Positions 1 to 11,200 of a DNA stretch of 64,000 nucleotides are shown here, piece by piece. This DNA is from Ylistrum balloti. Lineage: Eukaryota. The translations under genes were made by a program, and so were the position numbers. How positions within the stretch are numbered: the stretch's first letter is position 1; the number at the start of each line of letters is the position of its first letter. The notes under the pieces were generated by a model, which was not told where the DNA came from, ran no database searches, and saw only the letters and a program-made list of their open reading frames with translations. The stretch lies in contig NW_026781965.1 in assembly GCF_031769215.1 (NCBI RefSeq), positions 1 through 64,000 of the forward strand, read 5' to 3'.

Positions 1-561
1 CATAGATACATGTCTCTGAAGTCAGGGCCTGCAACCCCATAATCACAGTTATGGTTCTTTATTAAAATTTCATGTCTGGAGCATAACTGAAACTTTTTAT
101 TTTAAAAAAAACTTATTTTTGAAAACATCTTTAATGCCTGTAGTCTTTAAGTATTTGCTTATCTTCCACACAATTTATTCTAACAACTATCATGTTCATT
201 GCTGTAAGTAACATAAGAAACAGACTGGGTGAAATATGCATAAACATATCGGACACAACATATATGTAACATAAAACATTATTCCTTCATTTACCAATCA
301 GTATTTTAACATCTTTTGTCATTAATATGACCAAATACATGATTAGCAAACAAGGAAAACCTTCAGTAAAATTATTTTTCTTTGAGGATTTTTTTTGTTT
401 TGTTTTTATTTTGAACATAAACCAAGATTTAAAACCTCTGAAACTATGTTAAGAAACTTGGAGAATCATTAGATACTGATACACAATGCAACCACTTGTT
501 TGGATCAGTCTGTGACCTCTACTTGTCGATATTAAAGGATTGTACAATTTTGAATTTCCAG

Positions 562-3500
562 GTCCATCAGATAATCCGTAACCAGACTAGCATAGGCATG
601 CGTCACCGTGACCATGCTGTAACTGGGAATGTCATGAAGGGTGTGAGCTCAGCTTTGGTCACCTACTTTTTTGGACCAGAGGGAAAAAAGAAGCTGACCG
701 TACCAGTGTTTCTTGCCTTCCAACAACAGGTTCAAAATGAAGTGCTCAGAATCGAGGCAAGTGAACACCTCACTGATGTACATAAAGGATCTTAAATGAG
801 TGGCCATGCCATATTGATTTTGTTAAACATGTTCATTCTTTTGATATTTCAGGAGCCTTTATTGGGTATTTAATTTTCAGATAGGATGGATGAAGTTATA
901 GCCTGTCGACACAGCCCCAAGAAGTAGATGTTACTACCAATCTTAGCTCTCTGATTGGTTAAAAGTTTCCCACACCCCTAGCAGCATATGTATGCTATAA
1001 ACAATCTTTCAAAACATTGTTAAGCATGCATGCAATGGCTATGAGACAAGCAAATATTATACAAAAATAGTGAAATTGATTGAAACTTCAGAAATCTTCA
1101 AGGCATGGTGGAATCAACTATTCTTAATTGATGGAAAGGCCTTCAGAGGCCAAACCAAAATTGTAAAATTCATCAACCCAGGGTCTCACATTTTCCCTGG
1201 GGAGTTTACTGTGATTTAATATATGAAAAAGTCAAATAGTTATAAAGAAAAATTATATTTTTAACATAATTTGTTTATTTTCTATTTGAAATCGTTCAAA
1301 TTTGGTTAGAATTAGTTTTAGGAGATATATTTATTGACCTCGACTGACCCATTAGGGCTGATTGGCAGGTCCAAAAATGGTTCAAATTAACTGAAATTTC
1401 AAAAATCATCTTCTCAATAGGTAGATAAAGTAGTACCAAATACTCTTCATGGATGGAAGTGTCCTACAGTGCTTCACAGGTTCACACCAGCAGTTGCCAA
1501 TGTCACATTTTGTCAAATCTTAGTGAAAATGAGAGGATAGTAGTCATTTATGTAATATGGGTAATAATGGTCATCAGACTTATCCAGGTAAAAATACAAC
1601 CCAATTAACAATTAGTGTCATGTCACGACCACTAATCCCTTCCAACCTGCAGGTTCCGGGGAGACAGTATATACATATAGTAGACAATAGACTAGGCCTC
1701 TTACAGGTAGCCCTGGGCATTGGGGACATAACAGATTTATATGAGTTATCACAAACAACCTACCTATTTTGATAGTTACATGTATTTCATTTAACAAACA
1801 CTAGGTTTTTTTTTTCATAGATTAAGGTGTATGTAATGAATACACCTGCAATTTATGTAAGATGTATGATAACACTTACTGGAAAGCTTGATTTTACAGT
1901 TCTAATGCATTCATTTAATATACATTTTTCCCCTAGTTCTACCAAAATTGTAATGGTTGACAAACAGAAAGTTTGGCATCATTTTAAGACAGAAATCAAA
2001 GTTAAGTCTGGTCAATTTGAATAGGCAGGCAGTTCAAACACGTGATTTTTTCAGTAAAAGCAATGATTTTCTGTCAAGTGATAGTTTGAACCCTTTCTAG
2101 TCCAGGATTGTTTGTACCTATAAAACAGATGAGGATATTCAACATTTCTGTCGTACTACTGGCTGCAGTGTACTTTGTCTCTGCTGTCTTAATATTTATA
2201 TATGATATATGTATCTATATACATGTATATACATCTCTCACAACTGTCAGCTTTGAAGAACCATGGCAAAGTCTTGATCTGCACACCATATATCAAAGTC
2301 ATTTTAAACATGTGATACACATAAAGTACTACAGAAGTAGATGGGATTTTGGAATGGAATGTGAACACAAATAGTAATACTTCCGGCAGTGAGATGTCAT
2401 TGTCACTGGTAAAAAAATGTTAATTTTTATAGATACCTTTCATTATTTCATTCTGAAAATGTTTCAGATTGATGAGTTCATTTTGTAAAGACTTATAACT
2501 ACTATTGTAAAGAAGTGTCAGCAACATTAGTAAACCCACATAATCTCTTTGTTTAGTTTGACCGTTATGATCCTGAGGATGGGAAGATCCAGGAAAAAGA
2601 TTTTGGAAGAATTCTTCTTACTTATGCTGGATATCCAGATAAGAAAAAGACACGCATGCTGAAAAGAGTTATCAAGAAGTTCAAAGAGGAACCACAGGTA
2701 TGAAACACTGCATCAGCTAGTAAATAGTTTGTTATTTCACTGATATCCTTATATCATATTGTTAAAGGAGCCACACCAAGCTAGCCTTAAAATTGTGATT
2801 TTTTTTAAAGATTTTTTTGTTGGTCAGTGTATATCAACAATAGGCAAAGAGGGCCTGCACTGCTCAGCTTGGGTATGATGACAATACAAACAAATATTTT
2901 ACTATGAGATAAAATTTATTGGCTTAAAAATCTTTCCCTGCATATGGAAGTAATATACAAAATCTTTACCTTGACCTAATTGCCCTATCCACCATGCTAC
3001 CATGCTACCAGGGGGCCCAAGAGCAACATTTCAAAAACCCAATTTAATTTATTCTCCTGCATCAAATAATTTTACAATCCAGATTTTGTCAAAATACATT
3101 ACATTTCAGATTACATGTAGTCATGAAAAAGATAAGGCAAAGGCATAATTGGTCGATGATATTCTTAAAGTACAAATTTCCATTTGTAAATTTCTTATAG
3201 ACAGATTTACATGTAGTCATGAAAAACATAAAGCAAAGAGTATCATAATTGGTCAATATTTGTTGTCAGCACTGAACTCATAGGAATATGATCTGTTTGC
3301 AGTAATAAGGCAGAGACTGGAGTAATTAGTGAGAGCTTTACTTTCTATCTATAGATACATCTGATTTTATGCTGCTGAGCTGTTTTGACAGCATTGATAT
3401 ATTGAAAGGGATTTTATTTATTGAACTTCCCCAGCAAGACAAATGTTTTTATTTATTTATACAGGTATGATTACACATTTAGTAAACACTAGTTTCATGA

Positions 3501-4973
3501 AAACATAGGGTATCACATTTGAGGAATACATCAACTTCTGGCGTTTCCTGAAGAGCATAAATGATGTGGACACAGCTTTAAGTTTCTACCATCTGGCTGG
3601 GGTTTCTATTGATGAAGGTATACTTTATTTCTATTGACTTTCATATTAACATTTCCTGTAGAGAAGGCATAATTTTGAGTATGCTACAACTTAATACAGT
3701 TTTTAGTCATACACATTCTGTCTTTAGTTTCTTCTTTTTTTTTAAGAGAGAAAGTATATTTGCTCTTATATATACATTCTTAACTATGTGTCATCATGTA
3801 AGGTACAATGTACATCTCATAAAATCTTGTTTACAGAGACACTGAAGCATGTAGCAAAGACAGTAGCCCATGTCCATTTAACAGATCATGTGGTGAATGT
3901 GGTGTTCACACTCTTTGATGAAAACAGTGAGTGTTGTCTTTATACAAAATGAAGAGTCAAATATAACAAGTGTAATCTGGGGTTGGAATCTACTTAATTT
4001 TTCTTCTAAACAAATTTTGAATGATTTAAACTTTTTACCTGTAACCAAATAGTAAAAGTAGTCATTTGCTGTGTCTGTTCGAAAGCAGGTGACTGTAAGG
4101 CTCTTGGGCAACTTCTTAGCGTCTAATGTTGTGTTCAGATAGTCATACATCCAAAATTATGTTCTGTTAATTTTACAATTGAAATTTCCCTATCATTAAA
4201 ATATTAAGCTAGCATGGAAATTATTGAATTGAATCATAAATGTAAGAATGTCTTGTATTTCTCTTTCTAAATTTTAAAGGGTATACAATGAAATCAACCA
4301 TGCAGGGGACATAAATATTTTGGTGGTTTAGGGAAGGTTTGGTTTGTAGAAGTGAGCCAAAATAACGGGTCCCGACTTGGATATAATTGAGCAGATTCCA
4401 CTCATACAGTACATTAACCATTCCAACTGTGTACATATAAAAAAAAACTTTTAAGAGTAAAACTATTTTGGTTAGGTGAAGAAAGTGATGCTTGTTGTAT
4501 CCAGTTTGTGACTTTATTAAAAAAAAAATACTGTGATAATTGCCTCACGATCTGGACTCCAACGTAACATAGTCAGACCTAGCTGACTTTCAAGTGTTTA
4601 GACATTTCTAGCCTCAGTGAAACCTCATTCCATACATCGCCATTTTGTTTGGTTTCAGGAAGTAATAGGTTTTGGGAAGGGTCGGTTTGGGGAATTTGCA
4701 CTGTGAAAGGTTATTCAGATTTGTATTACATGTATGTAAATATGTAGTAAATTACACATACCTCTTTGAAGCAACATGAAGAAAATCTGGCTATGTCTAC
4801 CTGTACCTTAATGCATTGCAGATGATGGTCAATTGAGCAATCGTGAGTTTGTGTCTGTGATGAAGCAGCGTGTGATGCGAGGGTTGGAGAAACCAAAGGA
4901 CACTGGTTTTATCAAACTCATCAATGCAACCTGGAAGTGTACCAAATCCCAAACCTCAGCATTCCTTGAGTAA
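562..4973 (+). CDS. MICU1: Calcium uptake protein 1, mitochondrial (EF-hand MCU gatekeeper); last five coding exons, 5' part lies before the window
   Basis: Exons 562-756, 2557-2697, 3509-3617, 3837-3926, 4822-4973 join in frame: [18 protein letters not shown]...ALVTYFFG...EVLRIE|[11 protein letters not shown]...KEEPQ|[31 protein letters not shown]...|[30 protein letters not shown]|[30 protein letters not shown]...AFLE*. This closely matches the MICU1 C-terminus ([12 protein letters not shown], [18 protein letters not shown]). The first intron needs a GC donor. Confidence 0.95.
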
Positions 4974-5209
4974 TCTCACTGACTTTGGTGTGCAAAGGAT
5001 CTCTGCTCTGACATCTCTGTGATTGTCTAAATTATAGTTTTGTTTTTTGTTTTTAAGGGGAATGTTTCTAATACATCCTGAATTATATTTGTATGTTCTT
5101 AAACTAGATAGTTATTCTATAATATTAGTTATTCTTTAATATAAGTTGTCTACCATCTTTAAAGATTCTTTACCTCTATACAAGATTTCATATTGACTTG
5201 ATCATGAAG

Positions 5210-5215
5210 AATAAA
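5210..5215 (+). terminator. Candidate polyadenylation signal of MICU1
   Basis: AATAAA about 240 nt after the stop codon. Confidence 0.45.
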
Positions 5216-5599
5216 CATGCTATCCTACATTTGAATTGGTTTGTAATTTCTATATGTTACGTATCGTATATTGCTTTATATCATTTAGATCTTGGATGAG
5301 TTTGATATTGGTCAAACGGCAGCAACACTTGCCAAGAATGACCATTTACACAAGAAGCACAAGGGACCTGCATTGCATTGTTCACCTGGCTAATTCAGCT
5401 AATCATGCATTTGAAAAATAATTTCTGAAATACTTTCCCAGCCAAATGGTCAAACAGAAGTCGGATACATCCACCAAAGTGGTCAGATACATCATTCATA
5501 AAAACTGCCTCAGACCAAACTTGGACAAGGTCTTTGTACAGATTTTTCAGAACTTACATTTCCTACATTGCGCTTCACATCTCTGATGTCAGACTCCTG

Positions 5600-5838
5600 G
5601 ACTCAGTTGTTCAAAGAATTGTTAGTTAATCAGTGGTTAGTGAAAAAATTTAATTATTGTCAATGAAAAAACATGGACTTTTGAAGAAAAAGTGACACTC
5701 AAAAAATATCTATCTCACCTGTGTCTACAAATCTACAGCTGTGAAATGATTGAAAATTTTTGTAATTGAGTTTTGATTTATATTTGAAATTTTCTTTGAC
5801 CACTGATTAACTCACACCAAGTTTTGAACAACTGGGAC
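5600..5838. mobile_element. ~239-bp MITE (PIF/Harbinger-like), CWG-flanked
   Basis: Imperfect TIRs GACTCAGTTGTTCAAA ... TTTGAACAACTGGGAC with subterminal inverted GTTAATCAGTGGT/ACCACTGATTAAC; flanks CTG and CAG. Confidence 0.7.
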
Positions 5839-5899
5839 CAGGCTGGTACAAAGTTAAGTTCGTTTGAACTAGGTATGCATAAAACCAAATTTGGACAGA

Positions 5900-6350
5900 A
5901 TCAAGGAATTCTCACAAAAACACTATTCCTCAAGACCCACTGTTTACACAAAACTGATTTTCCTTTGCAAAGAATGCTAGAGCCCTGATATTTCTCCAGG
6001 ATTTTAAAGAATTTCCACATTTTCCCCTGGGGGCCGACACCCACTTATTCAAAATAGATCTGTTTACCGAAGAATGTTTTGGACCAAATTTTGGCAAAAT
6101 CCCATCACCCCTCCAGGAGGAGTAGGATTTTAAAGAATTAACTATGTTTTCCTTATTGAGCCTCATCTCTCCTGCCCCAGGGAGCTGAGACCCACTGGTT
6201 ATACAAAATTGATTTCCCCTTCACTCAAGACCGCTTCAGACCAAATTTGGTCAAAATCCGCTTAGTCTTTTATGACTAGTAATAATTTGTAGAAAAAATT
6301 AACAAATGTCCAAGATGGTATTAGCTCTGGTCCTTTGGACCAGGAGAGCC
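5900..6350. repeat. Fragment of an interspersed repeat family also seen at ~49.5-50.2 kb and ~51.5-51.7 kb
   Basis: Shared motifs such as GACCAAATTTGG, CTGAGACCCACTGGTTATACAAAATTGATT and AGGATTTTAAAGAAT recur in those regions. Confidence 0.55.
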
Positions 6351-6806
6351 AATAAGGATTTTCATTCAAATTATAATTCCATCAAACTTCAACTAAATAA
6401 TTTCAAATTTTAAATCTTGATGAAGAATTATGGTTTCATTTTCATTTCCTTTTTTTCTTTTTCTTTTATGCAGTCCAGGTATACTGAAATACTTTTTAAC
6501 AAATACACTTCTTATAACTGTCATAATTTTCATGCGTCACTTTTTACCACTGGATTCAGGAAATTATTTCAGCCTTACAAATAAAAATTATTAAGGATGT
6601 AACAAATATTTTGCATCCTTCACCAGTGACCTTTTTTTTCTTGTTATGGAAAGGTAAACTTTGAAATTGGAAGACAGTGACATGTACTTTTATTTGTTAA
6701 ACATTACTAATTTCACAATAGGATTACATCATCAGTTTCTCAGAAAGCTTTGTGGGGCATTCATGCTGGCATGGTGTATTCTATTCACAATTGCAACTGG
6801 CTGTAT

Positions 6807-7630
6807 TTAACAAAGAGGGTTATCAATAATAATTGATCACCTCATGTTACAGACAGTGATTATCTTAACTATTGGGAAAAGATAAAGGAATATTCTGCAT
6901 GGATTTCACGGGATGCTTTTTAAGCCGAGAGTGAAACTGATGAATGCTCCCAAAAGATACTTTAAGGACACAAACTTTTGACAAAACCCAATAACTCTGT
7001 AATTAAGGGGTGGCAGACCCTAATTTGATAAACTGCACATTCTCTTAGTATGACCAATGTATACACCAAGTTTTATTATGTTAGTTTTAATGCAAGCAGA
7101 GCTATATTCATGAAACAAAATTTAAACAAAGAACAATAACAGTCCTGATAGGGTCATGGGCTCCTACTTTGCTACATTGCACCTTGCTTTCACATGACTG
7201 ATGTATACATCATGTTTCGATATTCTAATTAAAATCCAGGCAAAATAATGCTTCAGACACAAAATTTTAACAAAGAGCAATTACTGTAATTAAGGGGACC
7301 ATGCCCTAATATTGGTACACTGCACTTTGTCTTCATATGATCAATGTACACAAAGTATCATTATTCTAGCTTAACCGCAAGCAAAGTTGTGTTCGGACAA
7401 AAAATGTTTTAACAAGGGTTATGATTTTGTAACCGAGGAGTTAATGGCCCTGAATTCAATACACTGCACATTGTCATTGTATGATCAATGCATTCACCAA
7501 GTTTCATTATCTAAGTTTATAGTTATTCCAACCAGCCATAATTACAAAATTTATGACTGTACCCTACTCATTCTAATGACTTAAAACTTAGCATCAATAC
7601 ATCTCTCCTGTCGTCCGTTTAGACAGACAA
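6807..7630 (+). mobile_element. Non-autonomous Helentron/HINE-like element with about four internal ~143-bp tandem units
   Basis: Unit motif (T/C)ATGA(C/T)CAATG(T/C)AT...CCAAG at 7049, 7193, 7336 and 7480; starts AACAAAGAG; degenerate CGTCCG/GACAGACA simple repeat at the end. Class assignment is by analogy to known bivalve elements. Confidence 0.5.
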
Positions 7631-8039
7631 AATTGGTGGGAAGACTCCCAGCCAAACCATATAAATATAGTGCTGCCAGAAATCAGGAACTGAATGGTAA
7701 CTGGATGTCTGCTACAATTGTATTGCTTCAATAGGCTTATTTTCTGTTGATTTCTTAATTCACAAATGTTTCATTCTGATTGAACCTGTTATGACAAAAT
7801 CAGGGTAGTGTGAAAGTTTGTAAAACTGTCTCGATAGATTTATAAAGAATTTTCGCAAATTATATATCATATGTATGTTTAAATGGTAAATTGATTCACT
7901 CAGTGCCATCTTATGCTTAGCAACCCTTGGGTTACAATAAATCTGTCTTAATCACACAAAGCTTGTGTCCCTCATAATTGATTGCACTCATTATGATATA
8001 AAATGAAAATTTTAACAAAAATTTCAAGTTTTATGTATG

Positions 8040-8045
8040 TTTATT
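8040..8045 (-). terminator. Candidate polyadenylation signal of the hnRNP F/H gene
   Basis: TTTATT on + (AATAAA on -) about 240 nt past the stop at 8285. Confidence 0.4.
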
Positions 8046-8284
8046 ACACTGTGATTGATGACAATTATGACAAGAGATTAATTCATGATGATACCTGGTA
8101 ATTGAAAAACAAACAATAACAACACTAGTTCACTTAGAGTATGACACCAATAAGAATATATATGAACATCAAAACTTATACAAAAATAAGACATTTCTTA
8201 AGAGATAACTGATCTTCATACATTTGTCAGTAAGTCCGATGGTAACTTTCAGATCAGTAGAGTCTTTTGTTTGTGAGATAACAT

Positions 8285-11200
8285 TTAGAAAGCTGTGTAG
8301 TTGGGATTTCCCATCAGGTTGTTGTTCATTCCTCCTCCCATGCCACCGCCCATGTTGTTTCCTCCCATACCCCCTCCCATACCACTGCCCATTCCCATTC
8401 CTCCTCCCATGTTGCCACCTCCCATGTTGCCACCACCATAGCCTCCATCATTTCCCATGAAGTTGTTGGACATGTTTCCTGTAGAAGAACAATTTGTTTA
8501 TAGGTAGAAATCTATATTTAATCGAGCACAGCGCTCACTTTAATAAAGCATCATTTACAACTGTGGTGCTTATATTTTTGGTATGTTGACATTTAATTGC
8601 TACAATCTATGAAAGGAGTTGAAACATTGTTATTTATCATCAGCTTGGAAATATATAGTACTTTTCAGTAAAATGACGATAAGTACTACTGTTTGTGTGC
8701 TCAACGTGTCACTCCTATGTAATCTATCAGTAATTCTTTATATATATTCCTATTTTATTGATAAAAACCTTAACCTATATATCCTAAATAAATGGTTCAA
8801 TTCTGTTTATCTTGTCATCAATGCCACAGAAATCAAAAGTAAACTTAGTTGTAATCAAGATTCTAGGTCTGCCATTTTGTTGTCGGTGTAAACATCCTGG
8901 CATAAGCCAGCCAATTTTCTAGTTTTTCAAGTATTTCATTGTCTTAATAAACACACTTAAAACACATGAAGATTATCATTCTAAGTGTGATACTTATTTT
9001 CTGACATTTCATCAAACAATTCCTACATTCAGCCATGCCAAGTAAAATCAACTTATATCATGACATCTCAGGATGTCATGAGGACCGAGGACATGTTAAT
9101 AATTGCTGGATATGGGAGCACTTTTTCACGATGTCTCAGATGTCATGAGTACAGAAAAAGTTAATCAATTCTAGAAGAATATTTGACATTGATGCAATAT
9201 TGGTCACCTTTCAGTACCCACCTCCATCATAACCACCTCCATAGCCATCACCATCGTATCCGCCTCCTCCCATGTTACCCATATTTCCACCTCCCATGTT
9301 TCCACCTCCCATATTTCCACCTCCCATGTTTCCTCCTCCCATGTTGCCACCGCCCATGTTTCCTCCGCCCATGTTTCCACCCATGTTTCCTCCACCCATG
9401 TTGTTGCCCATGCCTCCTCCAAATCCTCCCCCAGAGCCGTAGTTTGTACGTCCTGATGGTGTGGAGTTCAGGAAAAGTTCTATGTATCTGTGATCTGAAA
9501 TACAAATATTCACTTTCAATAAAGCATCTGGACAGCTCAGCAATTAGTCTTTGCACATGCTCATCTATTAGGATGTTAACTCGAGGTCGTAATACCCTTT
9601 CATCTCCAAATACACTCAAATGGACTTACGCATGTTTTTCTTGTGGTTCTTCATAGCATCAACAGCTTCTTGGTGATCAGCAAAGTCTACATTAGCTTCT
9701 CCTGTTGGTCGACCATTGGCAGAAAACTCAAACTCTATGGAAATTGGTTTAAGTGGCTTAAAAAACTGAAATGAAATTTATATCACATTACACTAAATTC
9801 TGCTTAAACAATCTTGATTACAACTAAGTTATTTCTTTAAAGTTAAAAGAAACCCAGCAAATTTAAACATTGATATCAAATGTTAATAGCTATAATGCAG
9901 CCATTCCAACAGATTCATATTATTTCCCTCATCTAACAAATTACCATTAATTAATTTGCTGTTATGCTCAATAATATCATGTTATATCTTGCTGCAGTTC
10001 AATTTAAGGTGAACATAACAGTTTTTCCATTTTATCTCTGAATCAATATAACACACAACAATAATTATTTTTGATATAATTATATCAAGTTCTATAGACT
10101 ATGAACCCTATATCTTTTAGAGAAAACAGGAGATAACTGATAATGTTACATACTTCTGCGATGTCATTTTCAAGAGCTTGGAATGGCAGTCCCCTCATGT
10201 GTACAGAGTGACCAGATTTGCTGGCATATGAGCTTCCAGGTGTTGTTCCTCTTGGTCTGTTGTTCATGGATAATTGCTGCATGCCTCCTCCCATACGTCC
10301 TCCTCTTTGAGGTTGTTGTCTCATGCCACCCATTCCTCCTCCGCCCCCACCACCACCACCTCCTCGTCTGTTACCCATACCACCAAATCCCTGTCTCATA
10401 CCGTAACCACCACTGTAGTCATCAAAGTCATCTTCAAAGAATCCTGCAATATCATATAATAAAGGGAGAGGCTATCAAAGATTTGTTGACAAACTGATCA
10501 TCACAACATTTTAAGCGATTTTGTTTCCTTACACCCAATGTGCATATCAAGTTCAGAACATTACACTGTAAAGGGCCCAACAGACTTTAACTGAATATGA
10601 TTTCTGGAATGAACCCATAACACAAGAACAAAAGTCCATTCCAAACGTGACTTCTGTAGGATTTTTAGGATCAATATCACAAACCTTACTCCATGCATGA
10701 AATTTTTTCGTCTTCTTAAAAACCTTGTTTTACTCTCTTAAGAAATTTACTACAAAAATAACCATTCCAAATATACAGTGATAAAGGGTATTCCATTTAA
10801 GGATCATGTAGTTCATATCCTCGATATCCCTTTTTTTGAGCATACTCTAAAACAAAATTTTTAAGGAATTTTTTTTATCAAAACAAAACAAACAAAAATT
10901 AAGATGATGTTTAATTGTTACCTTCTACTCAAGAAACAACACAAACTAACCTTTGACATTACGACCTCCTCTTCCCATTCCATAACCTCCCATGCCACCT
11001 CCCATTCCCATTCCACCGCCACCACCTCCTCCACCGCCCATTCCAAAGCCTCGGTTATTCCGATCATAGGGCCCACGTCTCTGTTGCATTCCGGAGTTCA
11101 TCAAGGGACGAATCATACGGGGTTGTCCAACTGCTTGGTAAGCCTCCTGCATGCTGCTTTTGAATATTTCTATGTATCTAAATGCGAAGGAGGAAATAAA

